A stretch of DNA of 64,000 nucleotides, taken from the NCBI GenBank assembly GCA_963771355.1, contig CAVYTA010000006.1, positions 2,272,001 through 2,336,000 on the forward strand, read 5' to 3'. The notes beneath the pieces are model-generated. The model ran no database searches. It was not told the origin of the DNA and saw only the letters and a list, made by a program, of their open reading frames with translations. Shown one piece after another: positions 17,826 through 26,646 of the stretch. Numbering within the stretch: the stretch's first letter is position 1; every line of letters starts with the position of its first letter. The position numbers were made by a program, and so were the translations under genes. This DNA is from an uncultured Candidatus Rokubacteria bacterium (lineage in GTDB: Bacteria; Methylomirabilota; Methylomirabilia; Rokubacteriales; CSP1-6).

Positions 17826-19211
17826 ATGGCGGAGTACGGGAGTTCCATCCGTCCCGATTGGGTCCCGGTGACCATCCGGGTCGTGTTGCCCGCAGGCATC
17901 TCCAGAGCTGAAGCGTTCGACGCAGCCGAACACCAGATCCTCACGCTCAAGATCAGGATCAAGTTCGATCGCGGCTACCCCCCGTGGCGATTCGCCCGCC
18001 GCGGGCCGAGCTGGAAACGTTCCGCAAGAGCGAACGGCAGCTCTTCGTGGTCCGGGCCTGGGTTGATCCGCAAGACATCGCGCAGCTGAAGGACCAGCCG
18101 TGGGTCCACCACGTCGCTCGCGACTCCCGGCTGGAGCCGTTCGGACGGCCGGAGCCGACGATGGCCCATCAGACCGCCGCTCTGCAGGGTGCGCTTGCCC
18201 GTGTCGACTGCGGCGCGACCGTCAAGGCCGACGGTACGGCGGCGGACGTGGCGAGGGACCTCGGCGTCGACGCGGATCTGGGCCGCTGGGCACACTGGAC
18301 GTGGGATTGTCGTCGGCGTGGTGGACGGCGGCATCACCGCTCATGGGCGACCCACCCAGTTCGGTGCCTGGCCCGCCATTCCTCAACCGCCCGCGGGGGG
18401 CGAGGTGATCGGCGGTTGGCCTCCGCTGAACTGGGGCACGACGGCGGAGGGTTGGGGCCAGCACGGGAACATGATCGCCTTCGACGTCCAGGCGATGGCC
18501 CCGGATGCGGAGCTGTGGGACATCCGCATCTGGCAGCCCGAGGCGGAGTTCGAGACGTACGTGAGCAATGCGGAGCAGGGCTATCAGCTGGTGATCGATC
18601 ACTACAAGGTGCACGGGGTCCCGCAGATCCTCGTGAACAGCTGGGGGGTCTACGACAGCGATAACGGCCCCGATTACGCCTTCAACCCCACCAGCAATAT
18701 TGCGCTCCTGATCGAGGAGGCGCTCGACGAGGGCATCCTGATCCTGTTCGCCGCCGGCAATTGCGGCGACGGGTGCCCGTACGCCTCGGGAAGTCTCTGC
18801 GGCTACGGCAATCGCGGGCCCGGTGCGAGCATCCTCGGCCCGAACGGCCACCCGGAAGTGATGAGCGTCGGCGCCGCGACGCTCAGGGGCGAGTGGTGCG
18901 GCTACACGAGCCAGGGCCCGGCCGTCCTGCCGCCGCAGGACCCCGACAAGCCGGACTTCTGCTCGATCTCGCAGTTCGAGGGGTTCTTCCCGAACGAGTC
19001 CGGCCTGCGGCCCTTCGACGGCGGCACGTCGGCCGCCACCGGCATCGCCGCCGGCGTGGTCGCGCTGCTGAAGCAGGCACGGCCCGGCCTCACCCAGGAG
19101 GACTGCAAGCGCCTGCTGAAGGAGACCGCCCGGCCGATCAGGACCCCGGCCGCCCAGGACGGTGCCGGCGCCGGCATCATCGACGCGCTCCGCGCGTTCC
19201 GGTCGCTATGA
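17826..19211 (+). CDS. S8 subtilisin-like serine protease with N-terminal prodomain (two compensating indels)
   Basis: Three ORFs join via -1 in the C run 17978-17983 and +1 near 18272; VVDGG (Asp), HGNM (His), FAAGN, GGTSAA (Ser); no signal peptide evident. Confidence 0.8.
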
Positions 19212-20326
19212 CGCCCGCGCGGCTCCTCGTCATGGGCGCGGGCAGCGCCGGAGCGGAGAATCTCATCCGCAGCCTGCGCGGAGCCGACCCGTCGCTCGTC
19301 CTTTTCGGCTGCAACGACGACCGCTTCGTCGTCAGGCGCTCGGCGGCGGACGCTCGCCATGTGGTGCCTCCGCCGGGAACCCCGCGCTTCGTCCCCGCCC
19401 TCCGCCGGCTGATTCGCGAGTCGCGCATCGACCTGGTCATCCCCACGATCGACCGGGACGTGCAGGCGCTGTCCGACGCTCGCGCGGAATTCCGCGGCAA
19501 GATCTTTCTGCCCGCGGCACGGGTCATCGCGCTCTGCCGCGACAAGTACCGGCTCACCACCGCGCTCCTCCGGCAGGGCGTCCGGGCGCCGGCGACGTAC
19601 CCGGTGCGCGAGCCCGATGGCGTGGACGAGATCTTCGCCCGGCTCGGCCGTCCGAGTCGGGTCTGGTGCCGGCCGCGGACGGGGACGTGCGCACGCGGCG
19701 GGGGCGCCGTGTCGACGCCGGACCAGGCGCGCCGGTGGATGGCGGTGTGGGAGACGATGCAGGGCGTCCCGATGTCGGCCTTCACCCTCGCCGAGTACCT
19801 GCCCGGGCGCGAGATCCTCTGTCAAAGCGTGTGGCAGCGCGGCCGGATGGTCCTCGCCAACACGTTCGAGCGGCTGGCGTACTTCGGCGCCGACAATATC
19901 CCGAGCGGCGTCACCTCCCTGTCGTCCCTGGCCAAGACCGTGGTCGAGCCCGACGTGGTGGAGATCTCCCGGGCGGCGATCGAGGCGGTCGCGCCGGGCG
20001 CCTCCGGGGCCTTCAGCGTGGACGTCAAGGAGGATGCCGATGGGCGTCCGCACGTCACCGAGATCAACGCCGGGCGATTCTTCATGGCGATGACGGCCTT
20101 CGACCGCGTCCTCAAGCACAACATCGCGCTCACCTACGTGCGCCTGGCGCGGAAGGAGCGGGTCGACCTCGGCGAGGTGTACGACGCGGTCGCCGACTAC
20201 TACATGGTGCGCGACATGGATACCGAGCCGGGCGTGTTCCACGCCGACGACTTCTTCGACGGGGTGCACGACGCAAGCGACGCTGCGCAGCTCACCGTTC
20301 GACCGCTGGGAACGGCAAGGAGTTAG
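19208..20326 (+). CDS. ATP-grasp domain protein (CarB-like carboxylate-amine ligase)
   Basis: LLVMGAGS, IDLVIPTID, CRDKY, EYLPGRE, SVD...TEINAGRF; ATGA overlap with the S8 stop. Confidence 0.85.
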   Translation: MTPARLLVMGAGSAGAENLIRSLRGADPSLVLFGCNDDRFVVRRSAADARHVVPPPGTPRFVPALRRLIRESRIDLVIPTIDRDVQALSDARAEFRGKIFLPAARVIALCRDKYRLTTALLRQGVRAPATYPVREPDGVDEIFARLGRPSRVWCRPRTGTCARGGGAVSTPDQARRWMAVWETMQGVPMSAFTLAEYLPGREILCQSVWQRGRMVLANTFERLAYFGADNIPSGVTSLSSLAKTVVEPDVVEISRAAIEAVAPGASGAFSVDVKEDADGRPHVTEINAGRFFMAMTAFDRVLKHNIALTYVRLARKERVDLGEVYDAVADYYMVRDMDTEPGVFHADDFFDGVHDASDAAQLTVRPLGTARS

Positions 20327-20329
20327 ACC

Positions 20330-20551
20330 ATGGGCATGGATCCGCTGTCCCCGAACGACGACTTCGAGCTGGCGATAACCCTCGAGGGACCCGTGAAGAA
20401 GAAAGCGTTTCGCGACTTCAGGAAGGCGTTGCACGATTTCATCGACGCCTGCGAGAAGATCGAAAGCGGCTTCGAGGATAACGCAAATCCGCCCAACAAG
20501 CTGAAGCTGAAGGTGCGCGAGATCCGCGGCGGCTTGCGCAGAAAGGCCTAG
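20330..20551 (+). CDS. 73-aa hypothetical protein
   Basis: AAGGAG RBS inside the ATP-grasp 3' end; starts 3 bp after its stop; protein-like composition. Confidence 0.65.
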   Translation: MGMDPLSPNDDFELAITLEGPVKKKAFRDFRKALHDFIDACEKIESGFEDNANPPNKLKLKVREIRGGLRRKA

Positions 20552-20559
20552 CGCTCGAG

Positions 20560-20721
20560 ATGGCGCGGCCAAAGGTCGTCGCTCGCCCGCTAACGATCAA
20601 GCTCCGGACGACGCGGAAAGCGGCGGAAGCGCTCTCGCTCCAGATCCGACGACTTGCCGGTCGTCTGGGGCTTCCGACCGCCGCCGTGCGCATCCGTCGG
20701 GTGAAAGGCCGGGCTAAGTGA
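20560..20721 (+). CDS. 53-aa highly basic microprotein (absent from ORF track)
   Basis: MARPKVVARPLTIKLRTTRKAAEALSLQIRRLAGRLGLPTAAVRIRRVKGRAK*; fills the gap up to the convergent cyclase stop. Confidence 0.45.
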   Translation: MARPKVVARPLTIKLRTTRKAAEALSLQIRRLAGRLGLPTAAVRIRRVKGRAK

Positions 20722-23700
20722 GGGCGGCGAGCTCCGCTTCGGCCCGGGCGAGGTCGGCGCTCATTCCGAGATCGCGGAACCCTGCGCAGGCGAGCTGAAA
20801 GGCGGGCCGGGCTCGGCCCGGCCGACCCGTCCGACCGAGCAGGCGGGCGAGACCCAACGTGCAGCGCGCGCGGAGCGGGCGCATGCCAAGCTCGTCGGCC
20901 AGGCCCGTGGCCTCTTCGTAATACTCTTCCGCTTTGACCGCATCGGCCGGGCCCTGCCTGGCGGTGATATCACCCAGGACCCTCAGGGCGTGGGCCACGT
21001 GTCCACGCTCGCCCTGCTGGCGGAAGTGGGCCAGGGCGCGCGCCGCCACCTCGGCTCCCTCGGCAACGCGGTCCGCCAGGAGGTAGACCTCGGCGAGGAG
21101 AAGGAGCACCTGCGAGTAACTCGAGGTCTGCCGGCGACCCGCCTCCTCTGCCGCCTCCTGTACCATCGGGACGGCCTCGATGGCGCGCCCGCCCAGTGCC
21201 CACGCGACACCGAGTTCCGAGCTGAGCCGTGGGCGATACGTGGGCATGTCATGCTCTCGACACACCGAGTACGCTCGCTGGAACGCTTCGGTGGCCGCCG
21301 CGACCTCGCCGCGCGCGAGATAGTGGACCCCCGCGCCGTGGTAAGCCCAGAGAACGGTGTCGGGGTGCTTCGTGGCCTCCGCGAGCTCCACGGCCTCGTC
21401 GACATATCGGCGGCTCTCGTCGAAGCGCCCCGTCTCCGCCAGGGACTCCACGAGATGACTGCGCGCGAACACGGAAGGGAGGACGGGCACGCCCAGGTGG
21501 TCGTGCGCCAGGGAGCCGGTCAGCGCGGCCACGATGCCGCCGAAGATCTCGATCGCGCGCGGGAAGTCGCCGAGGTGCAGATGAGCCCGGCCCGCATACA
21601 TGTCGGTCACCGTTCTCAGGCGAACGTCCTCCAGCTCGTCGGCCACGACCCGGGCGCGGCCGGCGCACTCGATCGCCTGCTCGTGCGCGCCGAGCAGGAA
21701 CAGACAGTTCACTTCGAAGGACAGCGCACGTCCGAGCCGAGCTCGGTCACCGAGATGATCCGCGAGCGCCTGCGCCCTCCGGAGGTATTCGAGGGTCCGC
21801 TCGTGCTCCCCGAGCAACGTGAACGCGTTCCTGAGGTCGAGAAGCACCTCCACGGCCTCCGCCTGCGTGGCGGGGGTATCGGCCAGGCCCTGCAGGACCT
21901 CCAGCGCCTGCTCGAACCAGGCGGCGGCCTCGCGGTTGGCGGAATGAGCGAACGCCTTCGCGCCCGCCTGGCGTAGATAGCGGGCCGCTCGATCCCAGCG
22001 CTGACCACGGCGGGCATGATGGGCGAGTCGCTCGACGTGCTCGGCCAGCCGGTCGGGATAGAGATGCTCGATGGCGTCCACGATCCGGGCGTGGAGCGTG
22101 GAGCGCGGCTCTCGCAACAGCGAGTTGTAGGCCACCTGGCACGTCAGGCCGTGCCTGAACATGTACTCGGGCTCTGGGAACAGGGTGATGTCGTAGACGA
22201 ATTCAGCCGCTCGGAGGCGACCGAGGCTGTCACGCAGCTCATTCTCCGCCATGTCGGCAACCGCGTGGAGCAGGCCGACGGGCACGTTCTCTCCGATCAC
22301 CGACGCGCACTGCAGGAGCCGCTTGTCTCCGGGCGCGAGGCGGTCGATCCGCGCCGCCAGGACCGCCTGGACCGTGGCCGGCACCAGGATCGCCGGCATG
22401 GGCTTGCCCAGACGATAGCGCCCGCGCTCCCCGACGAGAACACCGTTCTCGGCCAGCGTCCGGACGCTTTCCTCGAGAAAGAAGGGGTTCCCCTCGGTGC
22501 GATCGATCAGTACCTGCTTGAGAGCGGCGAGATCAGTGCCTCCGCCGACGAGGGTCGAGAGAAGTTCCTCCGCGCTTCGTGGCGACAGCGGATCGATACG
22601 GAGCTGGCCGTAGCAAGTCTTGCTCCCCCAGTCGTGCCGGTATTCCGTTCGGTAATTGACGAGGAGGAGAACCCGCGCGGTCGGCAGGCGGTCGATCAGG
22701 CTGTCGAGGAACGCCTGGGTCTCGGAGTCGATCCAGTGCAGATCCTCGAAGAGAAGACATACCGGCCGCACCTGACTCTCTCGCAGCAAGAGGTGGGTGA
22801 CCGCGTCCATCGTGTGCTGCCGCCGCTGGCGGGGAGCCAGCGCACGCCACTGCGCGTCGTCGTCCCCTGACACGTCGAGGAGCGAAAAAAGGGCGGGTAG
22901 CGTCGGGGCGAGGTTCTTGTCGAGCGCCAGTATCTTGGCCGCGATCTTGTCGCGGGCGTCCGGGTGGTCGCCCGGCCCGTGGAGCTCGAAGTAGACTCGG
23001 AGGAGCTCGATGATCGGCTGGTAGACCGTCGCCTTGCCATAGGCGGCGGCCCCCGTCCTCAGGACCAGCCACTCGGCCATGCGCTCTGATCCCGTGAACT
23101 CGTGGAAGAGCCGGGATTTTCCCACCCCCGGCTCACCCACGACGCCGACCACCTGGCCGCGGCCGGCCGCCGCCGACTGCAGGGCCCGGCCGAGTAGGGC
23201 CAGCTCCGCATCGCGGCCCACGAAGCCGGTCAGCCCGCGCGCCGCCGCCGCCTCCAGCCGCCACCGCGCGGCGCCGCTCCCCGTGATGGCGTAGACCTCG
23301 ACGGGAGCGTCGAGACCGCGGATCGGCAGCGGGCCGAGCGACGTCACGCGGACATGGCCTTCGGCCAGTCGGAGCGTGTCAGCGGTGGCGAGGATCGATC
23401 CCGGCTCGGCCATCTGCTCCATGCGGGCCGCGAGGTGCGTGGTGTGCCCCACCGCCGAGTAGTCCGTCCGGAGGTCGTTGCCGATGGACCGGACCACGAC
23501 GTCGCCGGAGTTGAGCCCGATCCTGATCTGGATCGGCACCCCGCGGGCGTGCCGGATCTCCTCGGCGTGGCGCCGAACCCGGTCCTGCATGCGCAGCGCC
23601 GCGTAACAGGCCCGGACGGCGTGATCCTCGTGGGCCAGCGGAGCCCCGAACAAGGCCATGATGCCGTCGCCCATCACCTGGTTGACGGTGCCCTCGTAGT

Positions 23701-24082
23701 GATGGACGGCTTCCATCATCAGCTCGAGGACGGGGTCGAGGATCCGCCGTGCCTCCTCCGGATCACGGTCGCCCAGCAGCTCCATCGAGCCCTTGAGGTC
23801 GGCAAAGAGCACGGTCACCTGCTTCCGCTCGCCTTCGAGCGCCGCCCGCGAGGTGAAGATCTTCTCGGCCAGGTGCCGCGGCGTGTAGGATCCGGGTGAC
23901 GCGAACCGGTCGTCGGCGGACCGCGGGAACCCCTCCAGCGCACATCCGCAGTGCGGACAAAACTTTGCCAGGGCGGAGACCTGACCGCCGCAGACGGCAC
24001 AGGCCCGGTCGAGGGGAAACCCGCAGTGCTCACAGAACTTCGGGGACGCTAGGTTGTCCTGAAGACACCGGGGGCACTTCAT
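20714..24082 (-). CDS. Double zinc ribbon / class III nucleotidyl cyclase / AAA (STAND-like) / TPR protein
   Basis: 4x CxxC at the N-terminus; VTVLFADLKGS, GDGIMALFG, IRIGLNSG; Walker A GEPGVGKS, Walker B LLFEDLHW; helical repeats. Confidence 0.9.
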   Translation of the reverse strand: MKCPRCLQDNLASPKFCEHCGFPLDRACAVCGGQVSALAKFCPHCGCALEGFPRSADDRFASPGSYTPRHLAEKIFTSRAALEGERKQVTVLFADLKGSMELLGDRDPEEARRILDPVLELMMEAVHHYEGTVNQVMGDGIMALFGAPLAHEDHAVRACYAALRMQDRVRRHAEEIRHARGVPIQIRIGLNSGDVVVRSIGNDLRTDYSAVGHTTHLAARMEQMAEPGSILATADTLRLAEGHVRVTSLGPLPIRGLDAPVEVYAITGSGAARWRLEAAAARGLTGFVGRDAELALLGRALQSAAAGRGQVVGVVGEPGVGKSRLFHEFTGSERMAEWLVLRTGAAAYGKATVYQPIIELLRVYFELHGPGDHPDARDKIAAKILALDKNLAPTLPALFSLLDVSGDDDAQWRALAPRQRRQHTMDAVTHLLLRESQVRPVCLLFEDLHWIDSETQAFLDSLIDRLPTARVLLLVNYRTEYRHDWGSKTCYGQLRIDPLSPRSAEELLSTLVGGGTDLAALKQVLIDRTEGNPFFLEESVRTLAENGVLVGERGRYRLGKPMPAILVPATVQAVLAARIDRLAPGDKRLLQCASVIGENVPVGLLHAVADMAENELRDSLGRLRAAEFVYDITLFPEPEYMFRHGLTCQVAYNSLLREPRSTLHARIVDAIEHLYPDRLAEHVERLAHHARRGQRWDRAARYLRQAGAKAFAHSANREAAAWFEQALEVLQGLADTPATQAEAVEVLLDLRNAFTLLGEHERTLEYLRRAQALADHLGDRARLGRALSFEVNCLFLLGAHEQAIECAGRARVVADELEDVRLRTVTDMYAGRAHLHLGDFPRAIEIFGGIVAALTGSLAHDHLGVPVLPSVFARSHLVESLAETGRFDESRRYVDEAVELAEATKHPDTVLWAYHGAGVHYLARGEVAAATEAFQRAYSVCREHDMPTYRPRLSSELGVAWALGGRAIEAVPMVQEAAEEAGRRQTSSYSQVLLLLAEVYLLADRVAEGAEVAARALAHFRQQGERGHVAHALRVLGDITARQGPADAVKAEEYYEEATGLADELGMRPLRARCTLGLARLLGRTGRPGRARPAFQLACAGFRDLGMSADLARAEAELAALT

Positions 24083-24099
24083 CGACCCCTCCGAGCCGC

Positions 24100-25293
24100 T
24101 CAGTCCTTGGGGAGGCCGAGCACGCGCTCGCCGAGGATATTGCGGAGGATCTCGGTAGTGCCGGCGCGGATACCGCTGCCGCGGGCGAGGCAGCAGTAGA
24201 ACTCCCACTGGCCCTCGTCCACCGCCCACGGGCTCGGCGCCGCGATCTGCGAGTAGGGTCCGATCACCTCGGTGGCGATCTCCGCGAGGTCCTGATCCAC
24301 CTGGCTCCAGAAGAGCTTCGAGGTCGAGCCCTCGGGACCGGGGGCGCCGCCCTTGAGGATCTTGGTGAGGCTCCGGTACCCGTTGAGCTGGAGGCACCGC
24401 TCCGCGACCATCAGCCCCGCAAGCTTCTGGCGGATCACCGGCTCCGCCGCCGCGGTCTGCCCGTTGCGCGGCGTGCGCTTGGCCAGCGCGATGAGCCGCT
24501 CCAGCGCGGTGCGCAGGCTGATGTGGCGGATCATGGTGAGGACATCGCGCTCGTAGGACAGCGTGGTGATGGCCACGCCCCAGCCCTCGTTGACCTTGCC
24601 CACCACGTTGGATGCGGGCACGCGCACGTTCTCGAGGAACACCTCGTTGAACTCCGCCTCGCCGGTGATCTGGCGCAGCGGCCGGATGGTGACCCCCGGC
24701 GATCTCATGTCCAGCAGCAAGAAGGTGATGCCCTTGTGCTTGGCGGCGGCGGGATCGGTCCGCACCAGGAAGAAGCCCCAGTCGGCGACATGCGCCATGC
24801 TGGTCCACACCTTCTGGCCATTGAGCACGTACCAGTCGCCGTCGAGCACCGCGCGCGTCTGGAGATTGGCGAGATCGCTGCCCGCGTTCGGCTCGGAAAA
24901 TCCCTGGCACCAGATCTCCTCGGCGGTGAGGATCCGGTCCAGATGGCGACCCTTCTGGGCGGCGGTGCCGTGCTTCATGAGGGTGGGGCCGAGCATGGAG
25001 AGCCCGCTCCGGTTGAGCGGCTGGGGCGCCTGCGCCCGCGACATCTCCTCGTAGAACATCACCTGCTCCACCAGGGAGGCGCCGCGCCCGCCGTACTCCG
25101 TCGGCCAGTCCATGCCCACGTAGCCGGCCTTGTACAGCGTGCGCTGCCAGTCGCGGAGCCGCCGCACCGCTTCGAGGTCGGCACGGGAGGAGGCAAACCC
25201 GCGGCCGCGCAGCTCCGCGGGGACATTCGCCTCGAGCCAGGCGCGGACTTCCTGGCGGAAGGCTTGCTGGTTTTCGGTGAAGTCGAAGTCCAT
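24100..25293 (-). CDS. Acyl-CoA dehydrogenase family protein
   Basis: WCQGFSEPNAGSDLA, NGQKVWTS, FNEVFLENV, AGTTEILRN. Confidence 0.92.
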   Translation of the reverse strand: MDFDFTENQQAFRQEVRAWLEANVPAELRGRGFASSRADLEAVRRLRDWQRTLYKAGYVGMDWPTEYGGRGASLVEQVMFYEEMSRAQAPQPLNRSGLSMLGPTLMKHGTAAQKGRHLDRILTAEEIWCQGFSEPNAGSDLANLQTRAVLDGDWYVLNGQKVWTSMAHVADWGFFLVRTDPAAAKHKGITFLLLDMRSPGVTIRPLRQITGEAEFNEVFLENVRVPASNVVGKVNEGWGVAITTLSYERDVLTMIRHISLRTALERLIALAKRTPRNGQTAAAEPVIRQKLAGLMVAERCLQLNGYRSLTKILKGGAPGPEGSTSKLFWSQVDQDLAEIATEVIGPYSQIAAPSPWAVDEGQWEFYCCLARGSGIRAGTTEILRNILGERVLGLPKD

Positions 25294-25326
25294 GGTGCTA
25301 GTTCTACCCCCTCTTTCACCATCAGT

Positions 25327-25377
25327 GGGGGCCTCGAAATGGCCCCCGCTCTCCCCTACCGGCGGCCTTCGGCCGCC
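25327..25377. repeat. Tandem GC-rich palindromes (REP-like)
   Basis: GGGGGCC-TCGAAAT-GGCCCCC (25327-25347) and GGCGGCC-TTC-GGCCGCC (25361-25377), intergenic. Confidence 0.45.
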
Positions 25378-25388
25378 CAGCGGGCCGC

Positions 25389-25803
25389 CTAGATTATGCC
25401 GGTGTCGGGGCGGGCGACGACGGCGTTGATCTTCCAGTCGCCGCCTTCGGCCACCAGCTCGTAGACGGCCTCGACGCTCACCCCGTTGGCGCCGCGGATC
25501 TTGAGCACGAGGTAGACATTGCCGTTGGGCGCCAGCTCGCCTTTGGCCACCACCGCGAAGACGGAGCGCGCGATCTCTGGATAGCCGCCCGATGACCATC
25601 CGCTCGAAGGCCGCGCGATCGAACTGCTGGTGGATGGCCTCGGAGGCGAAGGGTAGGCGGTATCGAAATCGCTCGCGGCGGAAGGCCTCGAGCTGCTTCA
25701 TGACGGGCTCCGTCGCCGCCGCCACCGCCGGCTCGTCCGCGCCCTCCGTCCCCGGCGCCAGGCCGAGCAGCAGCGCGAGGACGAGACCGACCCGCGCGGT
25801 CAA
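25389..25803 (-). CDS. DUF4864-like secreted protein (three indels)
   Basis: Signal peptide, QLEAFRR-DFDTAY-FASEAI, FERMV-GYPEIAR, YELV..GGDWKINAV reassembled across frames. Confidence 0.65.
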
Positions 25804-26597
25804 TGCATCACGCTGCCGCCGTCCACCATCAGGGCCTGGCCCGTGATGTTCCGCGCCTGCTCCGACGCGAGGAAGACGGCCGCCCAGCCGATGTCCTCCG
25901 GAGTCTGCTCGCGCTTCATCGGAATGACGTCGGCCACGCGCTTGTCGAACACCTGGCGGGCGGACATCCCGGCAAAGGCGGGGTTCGTATCCGCGATGTA
26001 CTTGGCCAGCCCCTCCCAGAACGCGGTCCAGAGCACGCCCGGGCAGATCGCGTTGACGGTGATCCCGTGCGGCGCCAGCTCCTTGGCCACCACGCGCGTG
26101 AAGGTGATGACCCCGCCCTTGGCCACCGAGTAGGGCGGCATCGTCTGCGCGGCCAGCGGGCCCGCGATCGAGGCGATATTGATGATGCGCCCGGCCTTGC
26201 GCTCGATGAAGTATGGCGCGATCGCCTTGGAGGTGAGGAACACGGACTTGAGATTCACCTCGTAGGTGCGGTCCCAGTCCTCCTCCGTGTTCACGGTGAA
26301 GGGCATGCCGGGAGGCGACGCCATCCCGGCATTGTTCACGAGGATGTCGATCCGCCCCAGCTCCCGCTTGATGCGGTCGAAGGCGGCCCCGATCTCCGCG
26401 CTCTTCGTCACGTCGCAGCGCATGCCGATGGCCTTCCGGCCCAGCGCCTGGACTTGCCGCGCGACGTGACCTGCGTTTCCTTCCTGAATATCGGGGATGG
26501 CGATGTCCGCGCCTTCCTTGGCCATGCACATGACGATGCCTTCGCCGATGCCCGACCCGCCGCCCGTCACCACCGCCACCTTGCCGTCGAGTCTCAT
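25800..26597 (-). CDS. SDR family oxidoreductase
   Basis: TGGGSGIG, ILVNNAG, YSVAK, VNAICPG. Confidence 0.93.
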   Translation of the reverse strand: MRLDGKVAVVTGGGSGIGEGIVMCMAKEGADIAIPDIQEGNAGHVARQVQALGRKAIGMRCDVTKSAEIGAAFDRIKRELGRIDILVNNAGMASPPGMPFTVNTEEDWDRTYEVNLKSVFLTSKAIAPYFIERKAGRIINIASIAGPLAAQTMPPYSVAKGGVITFTRVVAKELAPHGITVNAICPGVLWTAFWEGLAKYIADTNPAFAGMSARQVFDKRVADVIPMKREQTPEDIGWAAVFLASEQARNITGQALMVDGGSVMH

Positions 26598-26646
26598 ATG
26601 CGAGCGACTATATAATGTCGCCCTACCCCACTCAAGGAGGCCCTCG

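Noticed and set aside
19208..20551. Canonical graspetide (microviridin-like) cluster
   Set aside because: The small ORFs lack the PFFARFL leader and TxKxPSD-type cores, and the ATP-grasp is CarB-like; kept only as a non-canonical candidate.
20714..26529. Apparent giant fusions (1398-aa and 809-aa ORFs)
   Set aside because: The N-terminal extensions are off-frame read-through of neighbouring genes; true starts are at 24082 and 25293.
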